In this document: in pieces, positions 32,744-42,204 of the stretch
How the letters are laid out: the number at the start of each line of letters is the position of its first letter
Position numbering within the stretch: position 1 is the stretch's first letter
Source: Actinomycetota bacterium
GTDB lineage: Bacteria; Actinomycetota; Acidimicrobiia; Acidimicrobiales; CADCTF01
Assembly: GCA_019348255.1 (NCBI GenBank)
Contig: JAHWJU010000003.1
Span: forward strand, 1-63,514
DNA: 63,514 nt
Reading direction: 5' to 3'
Notes under the pieces: model-generated
What the model saw: the letters and a program-made list of their open reading frames with translations, nothing else
What the model was told of the DNA's origin: nothing
Databases searched by the model: none
Position numbers and translations under genes: made by a program

Positions 32744-33745
32744 TCAGAGCCCGCGCCACCCCTCGGGAACGGTGACCACCTCAGCCGGCATCACGAGGTC
32801 CTCGGCCAGTTCCCGGGTCACCGGGTGGTCGTCACCCTCCGGCACGCAGAAGACCAGCCGCGGCTCGCGGCCGTCGGCCAGCCAGGCGTCGGCTCCAGCC
32901 GGGACGAGGTCGACGTCGATGCCCACGGAGCACACCACCAGCAGCGGCTCGCCCTCGAGGCCCACGCCGGCCGCGGGAGCCGGCGCCAGTTGCCGGAGGT
33001 CTTGACGGGGTATCGGGGGCGGCACCGCAGAAAGCTGCCGCGCCCCCACCAGCTCCGGGGTGCGGGTGACCACGGCCCGCAGCCACCGCTCGGGAGCCAG
33101 GTGGTAGGCGGCGTGCCCGAAGCCGGTGGGCACCCGGTGCTCGGCGACGAGGCGGACGACCTCGAACAGCTCGTCTGGCCCCTGGTGCTCTCCCCGGACC
33201 TCCCGCTGGGCCTCCCGGTCGTGCTTTCCCACCCCGACGGCCAGCTGCGCCCCCTCGGGGCCGACCTCGACCCGCGCCACCTCCAGTCCGAGCACCTCGG
33301 CCCGCAGGATGCCCTCCTCCACCACGCACTCGGCCCCGACCTCTTCCAACATGGGCCGCAGGGCCTCGGCCCGGGGGTCGAGCGCAGGCTGGGGACTCAG
33401 CGGCTCCGGCTGGGCTTCGTGGATCGTCGTCCCTTCGATGCCGTAGATGCGGACGGAGCGGTCGAACAGCGCCGCCCGGCGGGCCAGCGTCGGGGCTCCG
33501 CCGCTGGCCAGCAGGTGCAGCTCGGTCGCACCGTTGCCGTTCCGGCCCGCCCAAGCCAAGGCGGCGCCGAGGCAGCGCTGCGGCTCGTCCTCGGCCAGCA
33601 CCCACGCGCTTCCGTCGGCTCGGAGCGCGGCGCCCCCGGGCAGGAAGCCTTCGTGAGCCTGGTCGACGGCGTCGCCCCAGCGGGCGCGGACCAGCGCCTT
33701 GAGCTTGGCCTTGAGGAGGGACTGGCGGAGCGCGGGATCGGGCAC
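32744..33745 (-). CDS. hypothetical protein between rpmE and prfA
   Basis: 333-aa ORF with high GC3. It is 18 nt upstream of prfA and 31 nt downstream of rpmE. No motif recognised. Confidence 0.6.
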   Translation of the reverse strand: MPDPALRQSLLKAKLKALVRARWGDAVDQAHEGFLPGGAALRADGSAWVLAEDEPQRCLGAALAWAGRNGNGATELHLLASGGAPTLARRAALFDRSVRIYGIEGTTIHEAQPEPLSPQPALDPRAEALRPMLEEVGAECVVEEGILRAEVLGLEVARVEVGPEGAQLAVGVGKHDREAQREVRGEHQGPDELFEVVRLVAEHRVPTGFGHAAYHLAPERWLRAVVTRTPELVGARQLSAVPPPIPRQDLRQLAPAPAAGVGLEGEPLLVVCSVGIDVDLVPAGADAWLADGREPRLVFCVPEGDDHPVTRELAEDLVMPAEVVTVPEGWRGL

Positions 33746-33776
33746 CAGGGCGCTGTCGCCGCTCGGGCCCGGGCTG

Positions 33777-33995
33777 CTACTTCTTCGCTCCGCCCTTTCG
33801 GGCCCCGTAGCGACGCTGGAAGCGCTCGACCCGGCCGCCGGTGTCGACCAGCTTCTGCTTACCGGTGTAGAAGGGGTGGCACTCGTTGCACAGCTCGACG
33901 TGCAGCTCGTCCTTGGTCGAACGGGTCGCGAAGGTGTTGCCGCAGGAGCACCTCACGGTAGACGTGTCGTACTGGGGGTGGATCTCGGCCTTCAT
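33777..33995 (-). CDS. rpmE: 50S ribosomal protein L31 (Zn-binding type A)
   Basis: [20 protein letters not shown]...[13 protein letters not shown], with four Cys retained. Confidence 0.95.
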   Translation of the reverse strand: MKAEIHPQYDTSTVRCSCGNTFATRSTKDELHVELCNECHPFYTGKQKLVDTGGRVERFQRRYGARKGGAKK

Positions 33996-34013
33996 GGTGC
34001 GGTCAGCCTACCG

Positions 34014-35903
34014 CTAGATCGTGCCCTGGGCTTTGGCGACCTCGGTCAGGAACTCGTCGTTGTTCCTGGTCGTCTTGAGCTTCTCGATTAGCAGCTCGAG
34101 GGCCTTGGCCGAGGTCCCGTCGTCGGCGAGGCCGTTCAGCACCCGGCGCAGACGCCACACCAACTCGAGCTGCTTGCGCTCGAACAGCAGCTCTTCGTGC
34201 CGGGTGGACGAGGCGTTGACGTCGATGGCGGGGTAGATGCGCCGCTCGGCCAGCCGCCGATCGAGTCGCAGCTCCATGTTCCCCGTGCCCTTGAACTCCT
34301 CGAAGATGACGTCGTCGGCCTTGGAACCGGTCTCCACGAGCGCCGTGGCCAGGATGGTGAGCGATCCGCCCTCCTCCAGGTTGCGGGCGGCACCGAAGAA
34401 CTTCTTGGGCGGGTAGATGGCGGCCTGGTCGATCCCGCCGGAGGTGAGCCGGCCCGACGCCGGCGCCGACAGGTTGTAGGCCCGGGCCAGGCGGGTGATG
34501 CCGTCGAGGATGACGACCACGTCGCGGCCGGTCTCGACCAGCCGCTTGGCCCGCTCGATGGCCAGCTCCGCCACGATGGTGTGCTCCTCTGCGGGCCGGT
34601 CGAAGGTGGAGGCGACCACCTCGCCCTTGACGTGCCGGCGCATGTCGGTCACCTCCTCCGGCCGCTCGTCGACGAGCAGGACCATGAGGTGGACCTCGGG
34701 GTTGTTGTTCTCGATCGACGTGGCGATCTGCTTGATGACCGTCGTCTTGCCCGCCTTGGGAGGCGACACGATCATCCCCCGCTGCCCCTTGCCGATGGGG
34801 GCGATGAGGTCGACGATGCGGGCGGTGATGGCGGCAGGCTGGCCCGGCAGCTCCATCTTGAGCTTCACGTCGGGGAACAGGGGCGTGAGGTCCTCGAAGC
34901 GCGGGCGCTGGCGGGCCTCCTCGACGCTCAGGCCAGCGATGGTGTCGATGCGCATCAGCGCGCCGTACCTCTCGTTGCCGATGGGTGGCCGAGCCGCGCC
35001 CTCCACCTGGTCACCCTTGCGGAGAGAGAAGCGCTTGGCCTGGCTGGTGGAGACGTAGACGTCGCGCGAGGAGCTGAGATAGCCCTTGGTGCGGACGTAG
35101 CCGTAACCCTGTTCGGTGAGCTCCAGCAGGCCGGCGACCGGGATCAGCTCACCCTGGTACTGCTGGTCGCTGCCCTGCTCCTGGACCTTGAAGTCGCGCT
35201 CGGGGCCCCGGTCGCGCCCTCGCCGGCGCCGGCTGCGGCGACTGCCGCCTTCTTCGAAGCTGCCCGGCTGGCGGTCGGTCCGGGGCTGGTTCTGGGCCGA
35301 ATGGGGTCCGGCCGCCTCGGCGGTGGCACCCTGGGGGCCGCGCTGGTTGCGCTCGTCGCGACCTCGTGAGGAGCCGGCGCCGTCACCTTCGACCGTGCCG
35401 GCCGGCGCGGGCCGATCGGGTGCGGGCGCCTCGTCCACTGCGGGAGCTTCGGGCACGGCCGGGAGCGGTCCTGCACCGTGGGGCTGGTCGGACCCGGCGT
35501 CCTTGCCGTTGACCGCCGGCGGCTCGACCGCCTCCTGCGCCGTGCCCGTTTCTACGCTCGACGAGGGGGTGGCCGGCGCAGCGTCCGGTTCGTCACCGCC
35601 GCCCGGCGACGGGGATGAAGCCTCGTCTGCGACGGTGGCAGGGCCGGGCCCCGCTCCGGCGTCGCCGGCCTTGGCGCGGGGGGCCCGCGCCCGCCGCGGC
35701 CGCGCGGCAGGCTCCTCGGCACCGTTGGCCGCCGCCGGCTGGGGCTCGACGCCTGCAGCCAGGAGGATGTGGGCGATCAGGTCCGCCTTTTTCGTTCGGG
35801 CTCCCGGCTTCACGCCTAGAGCCTCGGCGATCGTCTGGAGCTCGTCACGTTCCTTGCGCTCCAGTACCGAGCGTTCGAGCGCCTGCTCTCCGCTCATGTG
35901 CAC
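34014..35903 (-). CDS. rho: transcription termination factor Rho with a long Arg/Gly/Pro/Ala-rich N-terminal insertion
   Basis: N-terminal Rho_N helix ([11 protein letters not shown]), then about 200 low-complexity residues, then the CSD-like RNA-binding domain and the RecA domain with Walker A PPKAGKTT. Confidence 0.95.
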   Translation of the reverse strand: MHMSGEQALERSVLERKERDELQTIAEALGVKPGARTKKADLIAHILLAAGVEPQPAAANGAEEPAARPRRARAPRAKAGDAGAGPGPATVADEASSPSPGGGDEPDAAPATPSSSVETGTAQEAVEPPAVNGKDAGSDQPHGAGPLPAVPEAPAVDEAPAPDRPAPAGTVEGDGAGSSRGRDERNQRGPQGATAEAAGPHSAQNQPRTDRQPGSFEEGGSRRSRRRRGRDRGPERDFKVQEQGSDQQYQGELIPVAGLLELTEQGYGYVRTKGYLSSSRDVYVSTSQAKRFSLRKGDQVEGAARPPIGNERYGALMRIDTIAGLSVEEARQRPRFEDLTPLFPDVKLKMELPGQPAAITARIVDLIAPIGKGQRGMIVSPPKAGKTTVIKQIATSIENNNPEVHLMVLLVDERPEEVTDMRRHVKGEVVASTFDRPAEEHTIVAELAIERAKRLVETGRDVVVILDGITRLARAYNLSAPASGRLTSGGIDQAAIYPPKKFFGAARNLEEGGSLTILATALVETGSKADDVIFEEFKGTGNMELRLDRRLAERRIYPAIDVNASSTRHEELLFERKQLELVWRLRRVLNGLADDGTSAKALELLIEKLKTTRNNDEFLTEVAKAQGTI

Positions 35904-36092
35904 CTCGCTTGCTTCCGCGTCGGGCGGGTTCGTGGTTCAGGGAAGGTTGAAATGGCGCGGCATCCGGAAGCTCCGTCTCAACTTCGTCGGAGGGTTGCGT
36001 CCCGGGGAGAGGGTGGGCGGAGCCCGTGCCCCCGACCCAGCGCCGGTCGGTCGGCCGCCACAACCTGGCGGGCCGGCAGGCGATTCGGGGTC

Positions 36093-36121
36093 ACTCTACC
36101 CCCATTCCCCTACCCCGGCAA
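36093..36121 (-). promoter_or_regulatory. candidate housekeeping-sigma promoter for rho (TTGCCG-N17-TAGAGT)
   Basis: On the minus strand: TTGCCG at 36121-36116, a 17-nt spacer, then TAGAGT at 36098-36093. This would give a leader of roughly 180 nt before the rho start. Sequence match only. Confidence 0.3.
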
Positions 36122-36163
36122 GGCAGGGGCGACGGTGCCAGACGGCGTCCCCGACCCGGTTGT

Positions 36164-37204
36164 CTACAGCCCAAGCTCGGCGGTGATGGCGCTGTAGTCG
36201 GCCTCCACCGCGGCGGGTACCGCGATGTGGCCGATGGCGGTGTCGGGGTCCTTCAGCCCATGGCCCGTCAGCACGCACACGACCGTCGAGCCCTCCGGTG
36301 CTCCCACCCGCAGCAGGCCGGCAACCGACGCCGCCGACGCCGGCTCGCAGAACACCGACTCCTCGGCGGCGACGAAGCGGTACGCGGCCAGGATCTCGTC
36401 GTCGGTGACGGCGTGGATGCCGCCTCCCGACTCGGCCGCGGCGGCTCGGGCGCCGTAGCCGGAGGCAGGCTTGCCGATGCGGATGGCGGTCGCCACCGTC
36501 TCGGGGAACTCGATGTCGTGGCCCTCCACCAGGGGCGCCGCGCCGGCAGCCTGGAACCCGAGCATGACCGGGAGCTTGGAGACGAGCCCGGCGTCCTGGT
36601 ACCGCCGGTAGCCCTTCCAGTAGGCGGTGATGTTGCCGGCGTTGCCCACGGGGATGCAGTGGACGTCGGGCGCGTCGCCCAAGGCGTCGACCACCTCGAA
36701 CGCGCCGGTCATCTGCCCGTCGATGCGGTGGGGGTTGACCGAGTTGACGACCGTCACGGGCGCCCGTTCGCCCAGTTCGCGCACTATGGCCAGCGCGACG
36801 TCGAAGTTGCCCCGCACCTGGAGCACCTTGGCGCCGTGGATGAGGGCCTGGGCCAGCTTGCCGAGGGCGATGTAGCCCTCGGGGATGAGCACCGCGCAGG
36901 TGAGCCCGGCGCGGGCGGCATAGGCGGCGGCGGAGGCCGAGGTGTTGCCGGTGGAGGCACAGACGACCACCTTGGCCCCGTCCTCGACGGCCTTGGAGAT
37001 GGCGAGGGTCATGCCCCGGTCCTTGAACGACCCGGTCGGGTTGAGGCCCTCGTACTTGAGGTAGACGTTCGCCCCGACCCGCTCGGACAGCCTCGGCGCC
37101 GGCAGGAGAGGCGTGTTCCCCTCGTGCAGCGTGACCACCGGGGTGTCACCCGAGACCGGGAGGAGGTGGCGGTACTCCTCGATCAAGCCCCTCCAGGCGG
37201 GCAC
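36164..37204 (-). CDS. thrC: threonine synthase
   Basis: PLP-lysine motif [10 protein letters not shown]. Also [14 protein letters not shown]. Confidence 0.9.
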   Translation of the reverse strand: MPAWRGLIEEYRHLLPVSGDTPVVTLHEGNTPLLPAPRLSERVGANVYLKYEGLNPTGSFKDRGMTLAISKAVEDGAKVVVCASTGNTSASAAAYAARAGLTCAVLIPEGYIALGKLAQALIHGAKVLQVRGNFDVALAIVRELGERAPVTVVNSVNPHRIDGQMTGAFEVVDALGDAPDVHCIPVGNAGNITAYWKGYRRYQDAGLVSKLPVMLGFQAAGAAPLVEGHDIEFPETVATAIRIGKPASGYGARAAAAESGGGIHAVTDDEILAAYRFVAAEESVFCEPASAASVAGLLRVGAPEGSTVVCVLTGHGLKDPDTAIGHIAVPAAVEADYSAITAELGL

Positions 37205-37208
37205 GCCG

Positions 37209-38495
37209 CTACTCCTCCCCGATGACCCGCAGCAGAGTGCCGATCCTGTCGACCACCTCGAGGTCGCGGAGGTCGGCCAGAGTGGCCTGAATGGCCCGCT
37301 CCGGCGCCAGGTGGGTGATGAGGATGAGTCGAGCCTCCTCGCCCAGGCCCTCCTGTTCCATGGCGCGGATGGAGACGTTGTGGGTGGCGAGCACCGCGAA
37401 GATGTCCCTGGCCACGCCGGGGCGATCGGCGACCTCGAGGCTGAGGTAGTACTGCGAGCAGATCTCGTCTACCGGGTGGATGCGTGCTCTCTCCCTCGGG
37501 GTGGTGCGCCCGGAGCCGCCCGCCCTCAGGTTGTGGGAGGCGTCGATGAGGTCCCCGAGGACGGCGCTGGCGGTCGGCAACCCTCCGGCGCCCCGTCCGT
37601 AGAGCATGAGCTCACCCACCGCCTCGCCCTCGATGAACACGGCGTTGAACGACTCGCGCACCGCCGCGAGGGGGTGGGTGACCGGGAGCATGGTCGGGTG
37701 CACCCGCACGGCCACCTCGTCACCCACCCGCTCAGCGATCGCCAGCAGCTTGACGACGTATCCCATCCGGGCCGCGTAGGCGATGTCGGCGGCCGTCACT
37801 CCGCTGATGCCCTCCCGGTACACGTCGCCGGCGACGACCCGCACGCCGAAGGCGATGGTGGCCAGGATGGCGGCCTTGGCGCCGGCGTCGAATCCCTCGA
37901 CATCGGCGGTGGGATCCCGTTCCGCGTACCCCAGCGACTGCGCCTCGGCCAGCGCGTCCGCGTACGCGGCGCCGGCCTCGGTCATGCGGGTGAGGATGTA
38001 GTTGGTCGTCCCGTTGACGATGCCCAGCACCCGGGTGATGCGCTCGCCCGCCAACGACTCCCGCAGCGGGCGGATGAGGGGGATGCCACCACCCACCGAC
38101 GCTTCGAAGAGCAGATCCACCCCGGCTGCGGCGGCCGCCTCGAACAACTCGGCGCCCACGTTGGCCAGCAGCTCCTTGTTGGCCGTGACCACCGGCTTGC
38201 CGGCCTTGAGCGCGGCGAGAACCAGGCCCCGAGCCGGCTCGATGCCGCCGATCACCTCCACCACCACGTCCACGTCGGGGTCGGTGACCACCGCCTCGGC
38301 GTCCGTGGTCACGACGTCCTCGGGCAGCGTCACCCGCCGTTCCCGAGCCAGGCTGCGCACGGCCACCCGCACCAGCTCGAGCCGCACGCCGCTGCGGGCG
38401 GCCAGCTCCTCGGGATCGTCCGTGAGCAGGCGCACCAGCCCGGCACCGACGTTGCCGCAGCCGAGGAGGCCCACCCGCACCGGTGCGTTGATCAC
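37209..38495 (-). CDS. hom: homoserine dehydrogenase (with C-terminal ACT domain)
   Basis: NAD motif [12 protein letters not shown], the catalytic region TANKELLA and the ACT-like [13 protein letters not shown]. Confidence 0.9.
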   Translation of the reverse strand: MINAPVRVGLLGCGNVGAGLVRLLTDDPEELAARSGVRLELVRVAVRSLARERRVTLPEDVVTTDAEAVVTDPDVDVVVEVIGGIEPARGLVLAALKAGKPVVTANKELLANVGAELFEAAAAAGVDLLFEASVGGGIPLIRPLRESLAGERITRVLGIVNGTTNYILTRMTEAGAAYADALAEAQSLGYAERDPTADVEGFDAGAKAAILATIAFGVRVVAGDVYREGISGVTAADIAYAARMGYVVKLLAIAERVGDEVAVRVHPTMLPVTHPLAAVRESFNAVFIEGEAVGELMLYGRGAGGLPTASAVLGDLIDASHNLRAGGSGRTTPRERARIHPVDEICSQYYLSLEVADRPGVARDIFAVLATHNVSIRAMEQEGLGEEARLILITHLAPERAIQATLADLRDLEVVDRIGTLLRVIGEE

Positions 38496-38504
38496 CTCCG
38501 AAGG

Positions 38505-39818
38505 CTACGCGTCGAGCCGGAGGAGGTCGTCGTAGGTCTCGCGCCGAACGACCACCCGGGCGTGGCCGCCGGCCACGAACAGGACCGCAGGACGGGGCAC
38601 CTTGTTGTAGTTCGAGGCCATGGAATGGCCGTAGGCGCCGGTGACGGGGGTGCAGAGGATGTCGCCGACCACCAGGTCCGCCGGGACGCAGGCGTCCGGC
38701 ACGATGAGGTCGCCGGACTCGCAGTGCTTGCCCACCACCCTCACCTGCCGGGGCCGGTCGGCAGTGGTGGAGCGGGGCAGGAAGGCCTCGTAGCCCGAGC
38801 CGTAGAGGACGGGCCGGGGGTTGTCGCTCATGCCGCCGTCGACGGCCACGTAGCTGCGTATCCCGGGCAGGTCCTTCACCGTTCCCACGCGGTAGAGGGT
38901 GACCGCCGCGGCTGCCGCGATGGCCCGTCCCGGCTCGGCCGTGAGGCGGGTGTCGGAAGGGATGCCGGCGGCGGCGCAGGCCTCGCGGGCGGCCGCCGCC
39001 CACTCGATGATCGTGGGGGCAGCCTCTCCGGTCACGTAGGGCACGCCCAGGCCGCCGCCCAGGCACAGCTCGGGAAGCCCGAGAGGGGTGAAGAAGTCAG
39101 CCAGCGCCTCGATGGCCTTGCGGAACGAGGCGAGCACGAAGATCTGGCTCCCGATGTGGGCGTGGATCCCCACGACCTCCATCTCCGGCAGACGCCGCAG
39201 CTGGTCCACGGCGCGGGCCGCAGCGCCGCTCGCGATCGAAAAGCCGAACTTGGTGTCCTCCTGGCCGGTCATCACGTACTCGTGGGTGTGGGCCTCGACG
39301 CCCGGCGTCACCCGCACCATCACCCGCGCCGACATCCCGGCCACCGCCAGTGCCGACAGGCGGTCGATCTCGTCGAAGGAGTCGACCACGATCCGCCCCA
39401 CGCCGGCCTCCACGGCCTCGGTCAGCTCGGCCAAGGACTTGTTGTTGCCGTGCAGGACGAGGCGCTCCGGCGGCACTCCGGCAGCCAGGCAGACCGCCAG
39501 CTCGCCCCCGGTGGACACGTCTATGCACATACCGCTGTCGTGCACGAGCGCGGCCATGGCCTTGCACAGGAAGGCCTTGGAGGCATAGGCGACGCCGTCG
39601 CCCCAGGCCGCCACCGCCTCGCGGCAGCGGGCCCGCAGGTGCTCCTCGTCGTAGACGAACAGCGGCGTCCCGTACCGCTCGGCCAGCTGGAGCACGTCGC
39701 ATCCGCCGATCGTCAACCTGCCGTCGGGCGCCACGGTGCCCGTGGACGGCAGGAGATGAAGCGGGAGCGGCCCCATGGCGGGACCAGTTTGACCGGCCGA
39801 GGGTCGCTCTCCGACCAT
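38505..39818 (-). CDS. lysA: diaminopimelate decarboxylase
   Basis: PLP-lysine region VAYASKAF, HIGSQI, and CESGD near the C-terminus. Alternative start at ATG 39776 (MGPLPLH). Confidence 0.9.
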   Translation of the reverse strand: MVGERPSAGQTGPAMGPLPLHLLPSTGTVAPDGRLTIGGCDVLQLAERYGTPLFVYDEEHLRARCREAVAAWGDGVAYASKAFLCKAMAALVHDSGMCIDVSTGGELAVCLAAGVPPERLVLHGNNKSLAELTEAVEAGVGRIVVDSFDEIDRLSALAVAGMSARVMVRVTPGVEAHTHEYVMTGQEDTKFGFSIASGAAARAVDQLRRLPEMEVVGIHAHIGSQIFVLASFRKAIEALADFFTPLGLPELCLGGGLGVPYVTGEAAPTIIEWAAAAREACAAAGIPSDTRLTAEPGRAIAAAAAVTLYRVGTVKDLPGIRSYVAVDGGMSDNPRPVLYGSGYEAFLPRSTTADRPRQVRVVGKHCESGDLIVPDACVPADLVVGDILCTPVTGAYGHSMASNYNKVPRPAVLFVAGGHARVVVRRETYDDLLRLDA

Positions 39819-39823
39819 GGCAC

Positions 39824-41572
39824 ATGCACAACCCGGTCGCCCTCCTCACCGAGCGGCTCCGGGCTGCCGTCGCCGGCGCCCTAGGGCCGGAGTTCGCGGG
39901 CGCCGACCCGGTGGTGCGGCGTTCTGCACAACCTCGCTTCGGCGACTTCCAGGCCAACGCGGCCATGGCGCTGGCCAAACAGGTGGGCCGGCCGCCGCGG
40001 GAGGTGGCCGCCGCCATCGTGGAGCACCTGGATGCCGGGGAGCTGTGCTCGGCCGTGGAGGTGGCGGGGCCGGGGTTCATCAACCTCACCCTGTCCGCGG
40101 ACGCGCTGGCCCGGGCGGCGGCGGGGCTGCTGGCCGACGACCGGCTGGGGGTGGCGCCGGCCGAACGCCGGCGGGTGGTGGTCGACTACTCCGCACCGAA
40201 CGTGGCCAAGGAGATGCACGTCGGCCACCTGCGCTCGACGATCCTGGGCGACGCCCTGGTCCGGGTGTTGCACTTCGCCGGCCACGACGTCGTGCGCCAG
40301 AACCACCTCGGCGACTGGGGCACCCCCTTCGGCATGCTCATCGAGCACCTGGTCGACATCGGTGAGCAGGAAGCCGTCCGGGAGCTTTCGGTCGGCGACC
40401 TCACCGGCTTCTACAAGCAGGCCAGGGACAAGTTCGACGCCGACCCGGACTTCGCCGGTCGCGCCCGCCAGCGGGTCGTGCTGCTCCAAGGCGGCGACGA
40501 GGCCAGCTTGCGGCTCTGGCGCCTCTTGTTCGAGGCGTCGAAGGTCTACTTCAACACCGTCTACGACCGCCTGGGCGTGCTGCTCACCGACGACGACATC
40601 GCGCCGGAGAGCTTCTACAACCCGAGGCTGGCGGAAGTGGCAGCCGAGCTGGAAGCGAAAGGCCTGGCCGTCGTGGACGACGGCGCGCTCTGTGTCTTCC
40701 CACCCGGGTTCACCAACCGCGACGGCCAGCCTCTGCCCCTCATCATCCGTTACTCGACCGGCGGCTACGGCTACGCCACCACCGACCTGGCCGCGCTGCG
40801 CTACCGCAGCCTCGAGCTTCAGGCGGGCCGCATCCTCTACGTGGTCGGCGCCCCCCAGGCGACGCATCTGGCGATGATCTTCGAGGTCGGGCGCATGGCC
40901 GGGTGGCTGGGGCCCGACCGGCCCGCGGAGCACGTGCCGTTCGGGTCGATCCTGGGTCAGGACCGCAAGATGTACAAGACCCGCTCCGGCGACTCGGTGC
41001 GCCTGATCGACCTGCTCGACGAGGCGGTGGAGCGGGCGGCGGCCAAGGTTGCCGAGGCCAACCCCGACCTCGACGCACCCACGCGTGAGCGGGTGGCGAG
41101 CCTGGTCGGGATCGGGGCGGTGAAGTACGCCGACCTGGCCAGCGACCGGATCAAGGACTACGTCTTCGACTGGGACCGCATGCTCGCCTTCGAAGGCAAC
41201 ACAGGGCCCTACCTGCAGTACGCCCACGCCCGCATCCGGTCGATCTTCCGCCGGGCGGAGGCGAGCGGGGCCGGCGGTCGACCCCCGGGAGAGGTGGTGG
41301 TGAGCGAGCCCGCCGAGCGGGCCCTCGTGCTCCAGCTCCTCGGCCTCGACGAGGTCGTGGCCGCGGTGGCGGAGTCACTCCAGCCCCACCGGCTGTGCAC
41401 CTACCTCTTCGAGGTCGCCTCCGCCTTCACCACCTTCTACGAGCAGTGTCCGGTGCTCCGGGCGCCGGACGCCGCCGTTCGAGGGTCGAGGCTTGCGCTG
41501 TGCGAGCTGACGGCCCGCACCCTGGCCCTGGGCCTCGGGTTGCTCGGGATCGATGCCCCCGACCGGATGTGA
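39824..41572 (+). CDS. argS: arginine--tRNA ligase
   Basis: ORF 39350..41572 trimmed to ATG 39824 (MHNPVALLTERLRAAV). HIGH-type motif MHVGHLRS. DALR anticodon-binding C-terminus ending GIDAPDRM. Confidence 0.93.
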   Translation: MHNPVALLTERLRAAVAGALGPEFAGADPVVRRSAQPRFGDFQANAAMALAKQVGRPPREVAAAIVEHLDAGELCSAVEVAGPGFINLTLSADALARAAAGLLADDRLGVAPAERRRVVVDYSAPNVAKEMHVGHLRSTILGDALVRVLHFAGHDVVRQNHLGDWGTPFGMLIEHLVDIGEQEAVRELSVGDLTGFYKQARDKFDADPDFAGRARQRVVLLQGGDEASLRLWRLLFEASKVYFNTVYDRLGVLLTDDDIAPESFYNPRLAEVAAELEAKGLAVVDDGALCVFPPGFTNRDGQPLPLIIRYSTGGYGYATTDLAALRYRSLELQAGRILYVVGAPQATHLAMIFEVGRMAGWLGPDRPAEHVPFGSILGQDRKMYKTRSGDSVRLIDLLDEAVERAAAKVAEANPDLDAPTRERVASLVGIGAVKYADLASDRIKDYVFDWDRMLAFEGNTGPYLQYAHARIRSIFRRAEASGAGGRPPGEVVVSEPAERALVLQLLGLDEVVAAVAESLQPHRLCTYLFEVASAFTTFYEQCPVLRAPDAAVRGSRLALCELTARTLALGLGLLGIDAPDRM

Positions 41573-41589
41573 CCGGGCTTCGGCCGAGC

Positions 41590-41979
41590 TCAGGCGCCCG
41601 CTTCGGTGATCTGAAGCAGGTCCTTGACCCGGTCGAGGAGCTCGAGGGGGTCGAAGGGCTTCGTGACGTAGTCGTCGGCGCCCACGGCCTTGCCCTCCTG
41701 GATGTCGAACGCCTGCGCCCTCGCCGACAGCAGGATGATCGGGATCCGCCTGGTCTCCTCGTCGGCCTTGAGGGTCCGGGTCACCTCGAGACCGTCCATC
41801 CTGGGCATCATGATGTCGCACAGCACGATGTCGGGTCGCTGCGTGCGGGCCATCTCGACGCCCTCCAGGCCGTCGTTGGCCATCATGACCGTGTAGCCCT
41901 CCATCTCGAAGTTGACCTGGAGCAGCTTCAAGATGACCGGATCGTCGTCGACCAGCAGGACCTTGACGTCGTCGGGCAC
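41590..41979 (-). CDS. single-domain response regulator (CheY-like receiver)
   Basis: ORF 41590..42120 trimmed to GTG 41979 (VPDDVKVLLVDDD). Phospho-acceptor in IVLCDIMMP. Conserved Lys in YVTKPF. The longer ORF runs antisense through the tRNA. Confidence 0.8.
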   Translation of the reverse strand: MPDDVKVLLVDDDPVILKLLQVNFEMEGYTVMMANDGLEGVEMARTQRPDIVLCDIMMPRMDGLEVTRTLKADEETRRIPIILLSARAQAFDIQEGKAVGADDYVTKPFDPLELLDRVKDLLQITEAGA

Positions 41980-42044
41980 CGGGTCATCGTAGGCGTGAGC
42001 CGGCGGGCGGGGGCAGGAACTACGATTGACCTGCTGGACGTGCG

Positions 42045-42119
42045 GCCCTCGTAGCTCAGGGGATAGAGCACCGGCCTCCGGAGCCGGTTGCGTAGGTTCG
42101 AATCCTACCGAGGGCGCCA
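42045..42119 (+). tRNA. tRNA-Arg (anticodon CCG), CCA encoded
   Basis: Cloverleaf folded by hand. Acceptor stem GCCCTCG/CGAGGGC, D-stem GCTC/GAGC, anticodon stem CCGGC/GCCGG with loop CTCCGGA, and T-arm GTAGG-TTCGAAT-CCTAC. Discriminator G, followed by CCA. Confidence 0.9.
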
Positions 42120-42170
42120 ACCGGTCTCAGGCCGCCGCTGCCTTGGAAGCGCGGCGGTTGCCGTCTTCCC

Positions 42171-42197
42171 GCGAACTTTTTCGTCGTTGGCAGCGTC
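42171..42197 (+). promoter_or_regulatory. candidate ECF-type promoter (GCGAAC-N17-CGTC) upstream of the sigma factor gene
   Basis: GCGAAC at 42171-76, a 17-nt spacer, then CGTC at 42194-97. It ends 7 nt before the GTG at 42205. It resembles the GAAC..CGT pattern of autoregulated ECF promoters. Sequence match only. Confidence 0.25.
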
Positions 42198-42204
42198 ATA
42201 GGGG

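Noticed and set aside
39350-39823. 158-codon N-terminal extension of the argS ORF
   Set aside because: It is antisense to the lysA 5' region and is Arg/Pro-rich. ArgRS homology begins at MHNPVALL (39824).
37113-39884. 923-aa plus-strand ORF over hom and lysA
   Set aside because: It is antisense to two genes with clear motifs. The composition is low-complexity (Gly/Arg/His/Asp).
42045-42119. tRNA-Arg as an integration site for a genomic island
   Set aside because: There is no integrase or recombinase and no direct repeat of the tRNA 3' end downstream. The flanking genes have the same GC and codon character as the rest of the window.
41980-42120. Extension of the receiver-domain ORF (start at 42120)
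   Set aside because: It reads antisense through tRNA-Arg (MAPSVGFEPTQPAPEAGALSPELRG is the reverse-translated tRNA). The receiver fold begins at VKVLLVDDD.
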